NCBI GenBank assembly: GCA_036267095.1
Contig: DATAWS010000024.1
Location: forward strand, 21,670 to 85,669
DNA length: 64,000 bases
From: Acidobacteriaceae bacterium
GTDB lineage: Bacteria > Acidobacteriota > Terriglobia > Terriglobales > Acidobacteriaceae
Reading direction: 5' to 3'
Below are positions 33,374-42,120 of this stretch, one piece after another; the first letter of the stretch is position 1, and each line of letters opens with the position of its first letter. Position numbers and translations under genes: made by a program. Under the pieces are notes generated by a model that searched no databases, was not told where the DNA came from, and was given only the letters and a program-made list of their open reading frames with translations.

Positions 33374-33472
33374 GAAGATTCCTTTCTTTGCGATGAACGG
33401 GTTCAATGGATTAGATGCGGAAAAGAGCGGCAGGCAGGTACTGAGGCCGATTCGGGCATCTGGAGAACAAGC

Positions 33473-34555
33473 ATGACGCGTGTCTGGGGAGCTGTGTGGC
33501 GACTGACTCTCATTATGGCTTGCTGGCCGGGGTGGTGCGCAGCCCAGCCGGCGCAGCCGATGTTTTACAACCCGGTACTGTTGTCGGGGCCCGATCCCTG
33601 GGTGATCCAGCGCGACGGATTTTACTACTTCCTGTCCACGACGGGGGTGAACCTGACGATCTGGAAGACGCGGGACATTACCGACCTGGCGCACGCGCAG
33701 AAGAAGGTGGTGTGGACGCCTGCGCCCGGGCATCCCTGGTCAAAGGAAGTGTGGGCGCCGGAGCTGCATTTTCTGGAAGGAAAGTGGTACCTCTACTTTG
33801 CCGCGGATGACGGGCGGAACGGGGATCACCGGATCTGGGTGGTGGAGAACGCGTCGCAGGATCCGCTGGAAGGCACGTGGACGCTGAAGGGCAAGGTGGC
33901 GGATGCGTCGGACAAATGGGCGATCGATCCGACGGTTCTGACGCTGGGTGAAGCGAATTACCTGATCTGGTCGGGATGGGAGGGGGACACGGACGGGCAG
34001 CAGAACCTGTACATCGCGCGGCTGAGGAATCCGTGGACGATTGATGGGCCGCGGGTGCGGCTGAGCTACCCGGAGTATCCATGGGAGAAGGTGGGGGATT
34101 TGAGTCCGTCCGGGCCGATCGTGCCGGTGCCGCACGTGGATGTGAACGAGGGCCCGGAGATCCTGCAGCATGAAGGGCGGGTGTTCCTGACGTATTCGGC
34201 GAGTGGGTGCTGGACGAACTATTACGAGCTGGGGATGCTGGCGCTGGCTCCGGGCGGCGATCCGATGAATGCGCGGGAGTGGAGGAAGTCGGCGGCGCCG
34301 GTGTTCTGGCAAAACCCTGCAGGAGCGGCCTATGGGACGGGGCACAATGGGTTCTTCCTGTCGCCGGACGGAAAGCAGGACTGGATCGTTTACCATGCGA
34401 ATCCGGCGCCGGACATGGGGTGCGGGAGTGCGCGTTCGGTGCGGATGCAGCCGTTTGGGTGGAGGCCGAACGGTACGCCGGATTTCGGCCGGCCGGTGCC
34501 GCTGGGACAGTTGCTTCCGAAGCCGTCGGGGACCGATTCAGGGACACATCGGTAG
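33473..34555 (+). CDS. secreted glycoside hydrolase family 43 protein
   Basis: 360 aa from ATG 33473. Signal peptide ..LIMACWPGWCAAQP. GPDPWVIQRDGFYYF, VWAPELHFLEGKWYLYFAADDG, IDPTV, NEGPEIL are GH43 five-bladed-propeller motifs. The upstream 290 codons of the track ORF are antisense shadow of the SDR gene. Confidence 0.85.
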   Translation: MTRVWGAVWRLTLIMACWPGWCAAQPAQPMFYNPVLLSGPDPWVIQRDGFYYFLSTTGVNLTIWKTRDITDLAHAQKKVVWTPAPGHPWSKEVWAPELHFLEGKWYLYFAADDGRNGDHRIWVVENASQDPLEGTWTLKGKVADASDKWAIDPTVLTLGEANYLIWSGWEGDTDGQQNLYIARLRNPWTIDGPRVRLSYPEYPWEKVGDLSPSGPIVPVPHVDVNEGPEILQHEGRVFLTYSASGCWTNYYELGMLALAPGGDPMNAREWRKSAAPVFWQNPAGAAYGTGHNGFFLSPDGKQDWIVYHANPAPDMGCGSARSVRMQPFGWRPNGTPDFGRPVPLGQLLPKPSGTDSGTHR

Positions 34556-34767
34556 CCGGGGGCGGGCGCCGGGACCGGGCTTCGGGATCGGGCTTAGGGC
34601 GCCGGAAATTGGAACCCGGAGGTGGGGAGTTGCGTATTCCGATACGGCATGACCTGATGGCGGGCGGCGAAGGCTGCTGCTGAGTTTGCGGGCCGGGTTA
34701 TGCTGAGGTTTTGCAGCGTTTGCGCGAGGCGCGGGCGGTGCAGGTTGGGAATCCGAGGAGGTGGGTT

Positions 34768-35130
34768 ATGGCCGTGTATTGCAGGACGTGCGGAAGGACA
34801 GTGGCAGACGATGCGCGGTTTTGTCCCGGGTGCGGCACGACGATGCAGCCGCCGGTGGCGCCTCCTTATTACCCCCCGGCGTCGGTGACGCGGCTGGTGC
34901 GGCCGCGGCATGGGCGGATGATCGCGGGCGTGTGCCAGGGGCTGGCGAACGCGTACGCGTGGGATGTGGTGTGGGTGCGGGTGATCACGGTGCTGCTGGC
35001 GGTGTTCGGCGGGGGATCGGGATTACTGGCGTACGTGATCTTCTGGATCGTGATGCCGGAGGAGCCGGTGTTTTTGCCGGCCATGCCGCAGGCGCCTCCG
35101 CCGCCACCGTATCAGCCGCCGGGCAGCTGA
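34768..35130 (+). CDS. zinc-ribbon plus PspC-domain membrane protein
   Basis: 120 aa from ATG 34768 (GAGGAGGTG RBS). CRTCGRTV..ARFCPGCG is the zinc ribbon. RLVRPRHGRMIAGVCQGLANAYAWDVVWVRVITVLLAVFGG..YVIFWIVMP is the PspC domain. Pro-rich tail. Confidence 0.8.
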   Translation: MAVYCRTCGRTVADDARFCPGCGTTMQPPVAPPYYPPASVTRLVRPRHGRMIAGVCQGLANAYAWDVVWVRVITVLLAVFGGGSGLLAYVIFWIVMPEEPVFLPAMPQAPPPPPYQPPGS

Positions 35131-35199
35131 GGAGCGGTCAGCAATTCCAGGAAAGAGGGTGGCCGGGGTGTAGGCTGTGGGTTGGCACGAGGCTGGCCC

Positions 35200-36003
35200 A
35201 TGTTCTATTACTCCGACGGATCGAAGCTGTTTTACACGACCACGGGCCGGGGCCCGGATGTGGTGTTGCTTCATCCAACGCCGGTGGATCACCGGTTCTG
35301 GGTGCCGGTGGCGCATTTGCTGGCCTCGAAGTATCGGGTGATCATGCCGGATCTGCGCGGGCATGGGCAGTCGGAGGCGGGCGAAGGGCCGATCACCATG
35401 GAAAAGCTGGGGGCGGATGCCGGGCGGCTGCTGGACACGCTGTCGATCGGCAAGGCACTGTTTGCCGGCTGCTCGATCGGCGGGTACACCCTCTACGAAG
35501 TCTGGCGGACGATGCCGGCGCGGGTGGAGGGGCTGGGGTTCTGCTGCTCGAAACCGCAGGGCGACGATGACGCAATGCGCGTGAAGCGCGGGCAGACGAT
35601 CGCGAAGGTTCGGGAGCGGGGCACGGCCGAGGTGATCGAGACGAATCTGGAGACACAGCTGGGGCCGACGGCGCGGCGGCGCTGGCCGCAGAAGATTGCC
35701 GAGGCGCGGGAGATGATGCAGACGATGACGCCGGAGGCGATGATTGGGGTGCAACAGGGGCTGGCCAGCCGGCCCGACTCGGTGGTGACCGCGAGGACGA
35801 TGCGAGTGCCGTGCTGCGCGGTGGCCGGGGGCGAAGACGCGGGCAGCACGCCGGCGGACATGCGGCTGCTGGTGGAGCAGATTCGCAACGGAGGGTACGG
35901 CGCGGAGTACAACGAGGTTCCGGACGGAGGGCACTTTGTGCCGTTCGAGCAGCCGGAGCCGGTGGGGCGGATCCTGCGGCGCTTTTTCGATTCCGTGCTG
36001 TAG
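35200..36003 (+). CDS. alpha/beta fold hydrolase
   Basis: About 267 aa from ATG 35200 (TTG at 35182 is also possible). VVLLHPTPVDHRFW, nucleophile elbow GCSIGG, C-terminal ..VPDGGHFVPFEQPE. Confidence 0.8.
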   Translation: MFYYSDGSKLFYTTTGRGPDVVLLHPTPVDHRFWVPVAHLLASKYRVIMPDLRGHGQSEAGEGPITMEKLGADAGRLLDTLSIGKALFAGCSIGGYTLYEVWRTMPARVEGLGFCCSKPQGDDDAMRVKRGQTIAKVRERGTAEVIETNLETQLGPTARRRWPQKIAEAREMMQTMTPEAMIGVQQGLASRPDSVVTARTMRVPCCAVAGGEDAGSTPADMRLLVEQIRNGGYGAEYNEVPDGGHFVPFEQPEPVGRILRRFFDSVL

Positions 36004-36007
36004 CAGC

Positions 36008-36028
36008 GGGTGTATAGGATAGGGCAGG
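36008..36028 (+). repeat. short G-rich heptamer-type repeat
   Basis: gggtgta taggata gggcagg, directly after the stop codon of the alpha/beta hydrolase gene. Confidence 0.5.
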
Positions 36029-36152
36029 CAGCTGCCAGGTCGCGGTTGCAGCGCAACTTAGGCCATGGTTTGGTGTCCCATACGCAGAGCAGGCCCAATT
36101 CCCGGGCCTCCAAAAAAAGAACGGCCCGGCAAGGGCTGAGAGGTCATTTCTC

Positions 36153-37568
36153 ATGAACGATTTCTTTGCATCTTTACCCACGAACCATTCTCTTCGAGCC
36201 AGGGCGTGGATGCGGCGGCTGGGGCCGGCGCTGGCGGAAGCCGGCAAGCGCGGCGTAGCGCTGCTTCTGGTGTGGCTGATGATCCCGCTGGGCATCGCGA
36301 GCACGACGGCTTTTGCGCAGCAGCAGGCCCCACCGCCACCGCCCGACCAGCAGGGTGCGCCGGATCAGGGTCCGCCACCGGACGATCAAAGTGCTCCGCC
36401 GCAGCAATGGAATTCGCTGAGCCCCGATCAGCTGAACCAGCTGGTAGCGCCGATCGCGCTCTATCCGGACTCGCTGGTGGCGCAGATCCTGGCGGCCGCG
36501 ACGTATCCGACGCAGGTGGTGGATGCGGACCGGTTCGTGCAATCGAACCAGGGAGCGCCGCCGGATCAGATATCGCAGATGGTGAACGGGCAGAGCTGGG
36601 ATCCCAGCGTCAAGGCGCTGACCGCCTTCCCCTCCGTGCTTTCCAACATGGATAAGAACCTGGACTGGATGACGCAGCTGGGCAACGCTTACTACAACCA
36701 GCCGCAGGACGTGATGGGTGCGGTGCAGGTGCTGCGGCAGCAGGCATACCAGGGGGGACATCTGCAGTCGAGTCCGCAGCTGAACGTGACATATGCGCCG
36801 GATGACATCGAAATTGCGCCGTCGAATCCGGATGTGGTGTATGTGCCGTACTACAATCCCTGGACCTATTGGGGATTTCGGCCCTACTACGCGTGGTATG
36901 CGCCGCCGCCGCCGGTGGGATTCGGGGTGGGGGTGGGCTTCGGGCTCGGCTTCGGCATCGGCGTCGCCGTCGGCGCGTGGTCGCACTGGGGCTGGGGCTG
37001 GGGGCACTGGGGATTCGCGTGGGGTGCGCACCCCTACGTGGCGTTTAATCGCGGGACCTACGTTTCCCGCAGCGTGACGGTGGTGAACCATGGGTACTAC
37101 GGGCGCTTCGACCGCAATCCGACGGCGCGCGCGTACAACGTGCGGGCGGCGCACACGGCCTACAACCGCGGCTATGCAGCCGGGGAGCACAACGGCTACA
37201 ACCGCGGTACGGTGAACGGCAACAACCGCGGCGCGGGGAGCAGCAATTACCGTGCCCCGAGCAACAACTATCGCGCGCCGAGCAACAACAGCGTCCGTCC
37301 GGCGCAGAACGGCAATCGTCCGGCGCAGAACAACAATTACAACCGGCCGCAGAACAACGTGAACCGGCCGCAGAACAATGCGAACCGGCCGCAGAACAAC
37401 ACGCAGTATCGTCCGGTGCAGAACGGCAATCGGACCCAGAACACCAGCCGGGGGAACCAAACACGGCCGCAGGGGAACGAGCGTCCGCACAACCAGAGCC
37501 ACCCGCAGGGCGGGGATCATCCGCACGGCGGAGGCGGGGACAAGGGCGATCACCCGCACGGCCGCTGA
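36153..37568 (+). CDS. DUF3300 domain-containing secreted protein with an Asn/Arg/Pro/Gln-rich repetitive tail
   Basis: 471 aa. LNQLVAPIALYPDSLVAQILAAATYPTQVVDADRF...SWDPSVKALTAFPSVL..M..NLDWMTQLGNAY is the DUF3300 signature. The C-terminal 150 aa are low complexity (NRPQNN repeats). Confidence 0.8.
   Translation: MNDFFASLPTNHSLRARAWMRRLGPALAEAGKRGVALLLVWLMIPLGIASTTAFAQQQAPPPPPDQQGAPDQGPPPDDQSAPPQQWNSLSPDQLNQLVAPIALYPDSLVAQILAAATYPTQVVDADRFVQSNQGAPPDQISQMVNGQSWDPSVKALTAFPSVLSNMDKNLDWMTQLGNAYYNQPQDVMGAVQVLRQQAYQGGHLQSSPQLNVTYAPDDIEIAPSNPDVVYVPYYNPWTYWGFRPYYAWYAPPPPVGFGVGVGFGLGFGIGVAVGAWSHWGWGWGHWGFAWGAHPYVAFNRGTYVSRSVTVVNHGYYGRFDRNPTARAYNVRAAHTAYNRGYAAGEHNGYNRGTVNGNNRGAGSSNYRAPSNNYRAPSNNSVRPAQNGNRPAQNNNYNRPQNNVNRPQNNANRPQNNTQYRPVQNGNRTQNTSRGNQTRPQGNERPHNQSHPQGGDHPHGGGGDKGDHPHGR
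37341..37403 (+). repeat. in-frame 21-nt tandem repeat (3 units) inside the DUF3300 gene
   Basis: Units start at 37341, 37362 and 37383 and share aaccggccgcagaacaa (17/17). They encode NRPQNN(V/A/T). Shorter duplications (cgtccggcgcagaac x2, cgagcaacaac x2) lie upstream. Confidence 0.9.
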
Positions 37569-37591
37569 TCGAAGCAGCCGGCCGAACCAGG

Positions 37592-37624
37592 GAGGGGTGG
37601 CGAACGCCATCCCTCTTTTCTTTG
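37592..37624 (+). terminator. rho-independent terminator after the DUF3300 gene
   Basis: The stem gaggggtggcg / cgccatccctc (one G-U pair) is followed by ttttctttgg. Confidence 0.65.
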
Positions 37625-37709
37625 GTGCGGCCAATTCCCGATGAACGGCGGCAGGTTTGCGCGATTCCGGTTCGTGGTACAACGATGGGTTGCGGGGAAG
37701 GAGCCTCAA

Positions 37710-38795
37710 ATGGCTGGAGAGATTCGACCGGATCGGCGCGCATTTTTGAAGGGGAGCACGGCGGCGGCGGCGGCGGCGGTGACGGGGGCGGCGTTTCCGG
37801 AGATGGCCGGAGCGGGGATGCTGGCGGCGGCGAACAGCGGTCTGCCGAATAATCCGCGAACCCAGGATGCGATGCCCACGCGGAACCTGGGCAAGACCGG
37901 CTATAAGGTCGGCATCTTCTCCCTGGGCGGGCAGGCGGCGCTGGAGAAGCCGGACAACGCGGAGGTTGCGGTGCCGATCATTCATCGCGCGCTCGATCTG
38001 GGGGTGAACTACTGCGACACCTCGTCGATCTACGGCGGGCCGATGCGCTGGAGCGAGCGGTATCTGGGCGAGGTGATGAAGACGCGGCGCAGCGAGGCTT
38101 TTTTAGCGACGAAGACGAAGGAGCGGACGCGCGAAGGGTCGATGCGGATGATCGACGAGTCGCTGAAGCTGCTGAACACGAATCATGTGGACCTGTGGCA
38201 GCTGCACGATATCGGAACGATGAAGGATATCAACGCCATCTTTGCGCCGGGCGGAGCGATGGAAGCGCTGGTGGCAATGCGGGAGCAAAAGGTGGTGCGG
38301 CATCTGGGCATCACCGGGCACTATCGGCCCGATGCGCTGATGGAGGCGATGCGGCGGCACGATTTCGACACCATTCTGATGGCGGTGAACGCGGCCGATC
38401 CGCATCACTACAGCTTCCAGGAGCAGCTGCTGCCGCTGGCGGTGGAGAAGCAGATGGGGATTATCGGGATGAAGGTGCCGGGGCGCGGGCGGATCCTGTC
38501 CAGCTGGACGCCGCCGCCGGAGGACGTGCAAAAGCACATGTGGGAAGGGATGGTGATCGCGACGCAGCCGGGCACGCTGACGATGCAGGAGGCGGTGTAC
38601 TACGTGCTGTCGCAGCCGGTGAGCACGATCATCATCGGGTGCGATTCGATTCCGCAGCTGGAGGAGAATGTGGCGCTGGCAAAGACCTTCACACCACTCA
38701 ATCAGCAGCAGCAGGCGGAGCTGGTGGCCAGGGCGGAAGTGGTGTCGAGACCGGCGCTGTTCTTCCGGTTTTACGATCATGATGCGGCGGGGTGA
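37710..38795 (+). CDS. aldo/keto reductase with a twin-arginine (Tat) signal peptide
   Basis: 361 aa from ATG 37710 (GGGGAAGGAG RBS). N-terminus MAGEIRPDRRAFLKGSTAAAAAAVTGAAF matches the Tat consensus RRxFLK. The AKR blocks LGKTGYKVGIFSLGG, NYCDTSSIYG and HLGITGH follow. Confidence 0.8.
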   Translation: MAGEIRPDRRAFLKGSTAAAAAAVTGAAFPEMAGAGMLAAANSGLPNNPRTQDAMPTRNLGKTGYKVGIFSLGGQAALEKPDNAEVAVPIIHRALDLGVNYCDTSSIYGGPMRWSERYLGEVMKTRRSEAFLATKTKERTREGSMRMIDESLKLLNTNHVDLWQLHDIGTMKDINAIFAPGGAMEALVAMREQKVVRHLGITGHYRPDALMEAMRRHDFDTILMAVNAADPHHYSFQEQLLPLAVEKQMGIIGMKVPGRGRILSSWTPPPEDVQKHMWEGMVIATQPGTLTMQEAVYYVLSQPVSTIIIGCDSIPQLEENVALAKTFTPLNQQQQAELVARAEVVSRPALFFRFYDHDAAG

Positions 38796-38803
38796 GGGGG
38801 AGT

Positions 38804-38861
38804 CAGGGTGTAGCGGGCAGGCGACAGCGGGGGTTCTCTGCACCCTGCACGCTGCACCCTG
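38804..38861. repeat. inverted pair of G-rich repeat units between the convergent AKR and mlaF genes
   Basis: cagggtgtagcg (38804-38815) against cgctgcaccctg (38850-38861) is an 11/12 inverted match. An extra tgcaccctgcac lies at 38839-38850. Confidence 0.7.
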
Positions 38862-38866
38862 CTTCC

Positions 38867-39697
38867 TTAGCTGATGTATTCCCTGATAAAGGGATCGTCG
38901 GAGTGGATCAATTCCGCGGTGGTGCCGTCGAAGACCAGGTGACCCTGGTGAAGCATGAGGAAGCTGGTGTTGGGGTCGGTCTGGTGGGGCGGCAACGGGT
39001 CCATCTGATTCCTGGTGCGATTGAAGTGGTGGGTGGCGAGGATGAAGGCATCCTGCAGGCGGTGGGTGACGACCAGCGCGCTGGTTTGCGAGACGTCGCG
39101 CTGCTTCATGACCAGCTCGATGATGGTGGTGGAGGTGATGGGGTCGAGGCCGGCGGTGGGCGAGTCATAGAGGATGAGTTTGGGGTTGGTGACGATGGCG
39201 CGGGCGATGGCGACGCGGCGCCGCATGCCGCCGGAAAGCTCGGAGGGGAATTTGTCGAGGGTCTGTTCCAGCTCGACGAAGCGGAGGGCCTCGGTAACCC
39301 GGGCGGTGATTTCGTCGTCGGGCAGCCGTTCCTCGAGGAGACGGTAACCGACGTTATCGCGAACGGTGAGCGAGTCGAAAAGGGCGCCTTCCTGGAAGAC
39401 GGTGCCGATGGAGCCGCGGAGCTCGAAGAGGTCCTGTTCGCGCATGGTGCTGATTTCTTTGCCGAAGACGAAGATGCGGCCGGAGTCGGGGCGCAGCAGG
39501 CCGTTGACCAGCTTGAGCAGGACGCTTTTGCCGACGCCGGCGGGGCCGAGGAGGATGCGCATCTCGCCGGGGCGGACGCGGAAGGAGATGTTTTCGAGGA
39601 CGGACTTGCGCTCAAAGCCGATGGAGACGTCTTCAAACGCCACGATAGGCTGGCTCGCGGCGGGGGCGGGGGGTGGAGACGCTCCGTTGGCAGCCAC
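38867..39697 (-). CDS. mlaF: ABC transporter ATP-binding protein, MlaF-like
   Basis: 276 aa. Walker A GPAGVGKS, signature LSGGMRRRVAIARA, Walker B LILYDSPTAGLD, C-terminal ..DPFIREYI typical of MlaF. Carries an insertion of about 20 aa (HHFNRTRNQMDPLPPHQTDPN). Confidence 0.85.
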   Translation of the reverse strand: MAANGASPPPAPAASQPIVAFEDVSIGFERKSVLENISFRVRPGEMRILLGPAGVGKSVLLKLVNGLLRPDSGRIFVFGKEISTMREQDLFELRGSIGTVFQEGALFDSLTVRDNVGYRLLEERLPDDEITARVTEALRFVELEQTLDKFPSELSGGMRRRVAIARAIVTNPKLILYDSPTAGLDPITSTTIIELVMKQRDVSQTSALVVTHRLQDAFILATHHFNRTRNQMDPLPPHQTDPNTSFLMLHQGHLVFDGTTAELIHSDDPFIREYIS

Positions 39698-39700
39698 GGT

Positions 39701-40480
39701 TCAGCGTCCGAAGATGCCGATCATAAATCGGCTGATCATGAAATCGCAGACGATGATGAGGATGGAGGAGACGACCACGGCCTGGGTGGTGGAGCGGCCC
39801 ACGCCCTGAGTGCCGCCGCGGGTCTTCATGCCGTAGAAGCAGCCGATGCTGGCGATGATGAAGCCGAAGAAGAGGGGTTTGACGAGTCCCTGGACAATGT
39901 CGGGGCCCTGGAGCGACTGCCAGGCGGTATGGAAGTACTGGGAGCCGTCCTGGCCGAGCATGAAGACCGAGACAAAGCCGCCGCCGAGAATGCCGACGGC
40001 GTCGGAGAGGATGACGAGGAAGAAGAGCATGATGACCGTGGCGACAATGCGGGGCATGACCAGCTTCTTGAGGGGGTCGGTGCCGAGGGCGCGCATGGCG
40101 TCGATCTGCTCGGTGACGATCATGGAGCCGAGTTCGCTGGCCATGCCGGAAGCGTTGCGGCCGGAGACCATGAGGGCGGTCACCACCGGGCCGATTTCCT
40201 TAATCATGGAGTAGGCGACCAGCTCGCCGGTGAAGGCGGTGGCGCCGAACTGCATGAGGGTAGAGGAGGACTGGAGGGCCAGGACGCCGCCAAGGAAAAA
40301 CCCTGTGAGGATGACGATGGGCAGAGAGCCGACGCCGATGATGTCGGCCTGGAGAAAGATGTCGTCGCGATAGAAGGGGCGGCGGAAGAGGTTGCCGAGG
40401 GCGCGGCCGGAGAGGGCAGCGTACTCCTGAACGGCCAGGGCGCCTCGTTTTGCGGCGGCATCGATGGTTTCGAGAGCCAT
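39701..40480 (-). CDS. mlaE: MlaE family ABC transporter permease
   Basis: 259 aa. ..GVGSLPIVILTGFFLGGVLALQS.., ..EIGPVVTALMVSGRNASGMASELGSMIVTEQIDAMRALG.. are hallmark MlaE blocks. Confidence 0.9.
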   Translation of the reverse strand: MALETIDAAAKRGALAVQEYAALSGRALGNLFRRPFYRDDIFLQADIIGVGSLPIVILTGFFLGGVLALQSSSTLMQFGATAFTGELVAYSMIKEIGPVVTALMVSGRNASGMASELGSMIVTEQIDAMRALGTDPLKKLVMPRIVATVIMLFFLVILSDAVGILGGGFVSVFMLGQDGSQYFHTAWQSLQGPDIVQGLVKPLFFGFIIASIGCFYGMKTRGGTQGVGRSTTQAVVVSSILIIVCDFMISRFMIGIFGR

Positions 40481-40552
40481 AGCTGGATTACGCAGACTTG
40501 GATGCCGGAGTGGGCTGATTTACTTCTGGTTCGCTCCGAAGTTTGAGCGTAG

Positions 40553-40595
40553 CACAGGGGAAGGCAGGTACAGAGTACAGGGCAGAGGGTAGAGG
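40553..40595 (+). repeat. G-rich degenerate heptamer array
   Basis: cacagggg aaggcag gtacaga gtacagg gcagagg gtagagg, in the spacer between the response regulator and mlaE. Confidence 0.65.
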
Positions 40596-40680
40596 CGCCG
40601 GGCGCGGAGCGTGTCGCTTCTTGCGGGCGGGGGATCGTGGTGGCGATAGAATCCGGCTGGAGGGCGCGGGTCCGCAGCGA

Positions 40681-42120
40681 CTATTCGCGGTTGTTGCGCT
40701 TTTTGATCTCGATATTCAGCCGCTTGATCTTCTGGTTCAGCGTGGAGAGGGGGATGCGGAATTGCTCGGCGGCCTCGGTTTGGTTGCCATTGCAGCGCTC
40801 GAGCTTGTCGATGATGATGCGCCGCTCGATGTCCTCCATGATGTCGAAGAGGGAGGCATCGGGGCTGTGCTCGAGGAGGCTGGACGAGTAGCTGGAGCCG
40901 GTGAGGTGGCCGGGGAGCAGGTCGGCGCCGATGATGCCGCCGGAAGAGAGGACGACGCCGCGCTCGATGACGTTCTCCAGCTCGCGGACGTTGCCAGGCC
41001 AGTCGTAATCGACCAGAGCGCGCATGGCTTCAGGGGTGAGGGAGCGGACGGCGAGGCCGTTCTCATCCGAGTAGTACTTGAGGAAGTGCATGGCGAGCGC
41101 GGGGATGTCTTCGCGGCGGCTGCGCAGGGGGGGCAGCTCGATGGCGATAACGTTGAGGCGGTAGAAGAGGTCTTCGCGGAATTTGCCTTCGCGCACGGCG
41201 GTGCGCAGATCGACGTTGGTGGCGGTGATGATGCGGACGTCCACCTGGATTTCCTGTACGCCGCCGAGGTGCATGAAGCGGCGGTCCTGGAGCACGCGCA
41301 GGATCTTGGCCTGGGTGTCCATGCCCATGGTGGCGATCTCGTCGAGGAAAAGTGTGCCGCCGTTGGCGACTTCGAAGAGACCCTTTTTGGCGGCGATCGC
41401 CGAAGTGAAGGCGCCCTTCACGTGGCCGAAGAGGGTGGACTCGAGCAGGTCGGAGGGCATCGCGCCCGTGTTCACCGGAACGAAGGCTTTATCGCGGCGC
41501 GGTGAATTCGCGTGCAGGGCCTTGGCGATGAGTTCCTTGCCGGTGCCGCTTTCGCCCTGGATGAGGACAGTGGAGCGGGTGGGTGCGACCTGGCCGACGA
41601 GGTCGAAGATGCGCAGCATCGCCTCGCTTTTGCCCACGATGTTGGGGAAGTTGTAGCGCTGGCGCAGGGCGCGCTTCAGCTGGATGTTTTCTTCCTCGGC
41701 GCGGTAACGGGCGATGGCCGCGCGGATATCGGCGAGGAGTTTCTCATTGTCCCAGGGCTTCTGGACGAAGTTCTGCGCGCCGCCGCGGATGGCGTCGACG
41801 ACATTGCCGACGGTGCCGAAGGCGGTGATCATGATGACCGGGAGGACGGGCTGGCGGTCGCGGATGACGCTGAGGATTTCGAGGCCGTTGCGGCCGGGCA
41901 GAGCAAGGTCGAGGAGGACGAGGTCGAAGGGCTGTTCGGCGATGCGCTCGAGGCCCTGGTCGCCGTTTTCCGCTATTTCGACGGCATAGCCTTCGAGGGA
42001 GAGCAGGGTCTCGAGGGATTCGCGGATGGCGGCTTCGTCATCGATGATCAGGATGCGGGGCGCGAGTTCGGAGCCACCGGCGTGGGCATTGGCCGCAGCG
42101 ACGAAGGTGGCTTCAGACAT
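40681..42120 (-). CDS. sigma-54-dependent Fis-family response regulator (NtrC type)
   Basis: 479 aa. The REC domain (RILIIDDE..DLVLLDLALPG), the AAA+ domain (GESGTGKELIAKALH, the GAFTSA loop, ..RFREDLFYRLNV..) and a C-terminal Fis HTH. Confidence 0.9.
   Translation of the reverse strand: MSEATFVAAANAHAGGSELAPRILIIDDEAAIRESLETLLSLEGYAVEIAENGDQGLERIAEQPFDLVLLDLALPGRNGLEILSVIRDRQPVLPVIMITAFGTVGNVVDAIRGGAQNFVQKPWDNEKLLADIRAAIARYRAEEENIQLKRALRQRYNFPNIVGKSEAMLRIFDLVGQVAPTRSTVLIQGESGTGKELIAKALHANSPRRDKAFVPVNTGAMPSDLLESTLFGHVKGAFTSAIAAKKGLFEVANGGTLFLDEIATMGMDTQAKILRVLQDRRFMHLGGVQEIQVDVRIITATNVDLRTAVREGKFREDLFYRLNVIAIELPPLRSRREDIPALAMHFLKYYSDENGLAVRSLTPEAMRALVDYDWPGNVRELENVIERGVVLSSGGIIGADLLPGHLTGSSYSSSLLEHSPDASLFDIMEDIERRIIIDKLERCNGNQTEAAEQFRIPLSTLNQKIKRLNIEIKKRNNRE

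Noticed and set aside
32600-33472. The N-terminal 290 codons of the 651-aa track ORF 32600-34555, and similar long 5' extensions: 2984-3175 (ROK), 2862-3173 (OsmC), 7860-8141 (PadR), 18619-19044, 45313-45537, 49676-50788 (RecO) and 60963-61103.
   Set aside because: The extensions are antisense to other real genes or run through repeat DNA. They lack signal or domain logic, and internal starts with an RBS give proteins that begin exactly at the family-typical N-terminus.
40492-40506. A sigma54-like -24/-12 element (minus strand GGCATCCAAGTCTGC) upstream of mlaE, which would have linked the NtrC-type regulator to mlaEF.
   Set aside because: The GG-to-GC spacing is 11 rather than 10 nt. The element would lie only about 12 nt from the ATG, leaving no room for a leader or RBS.
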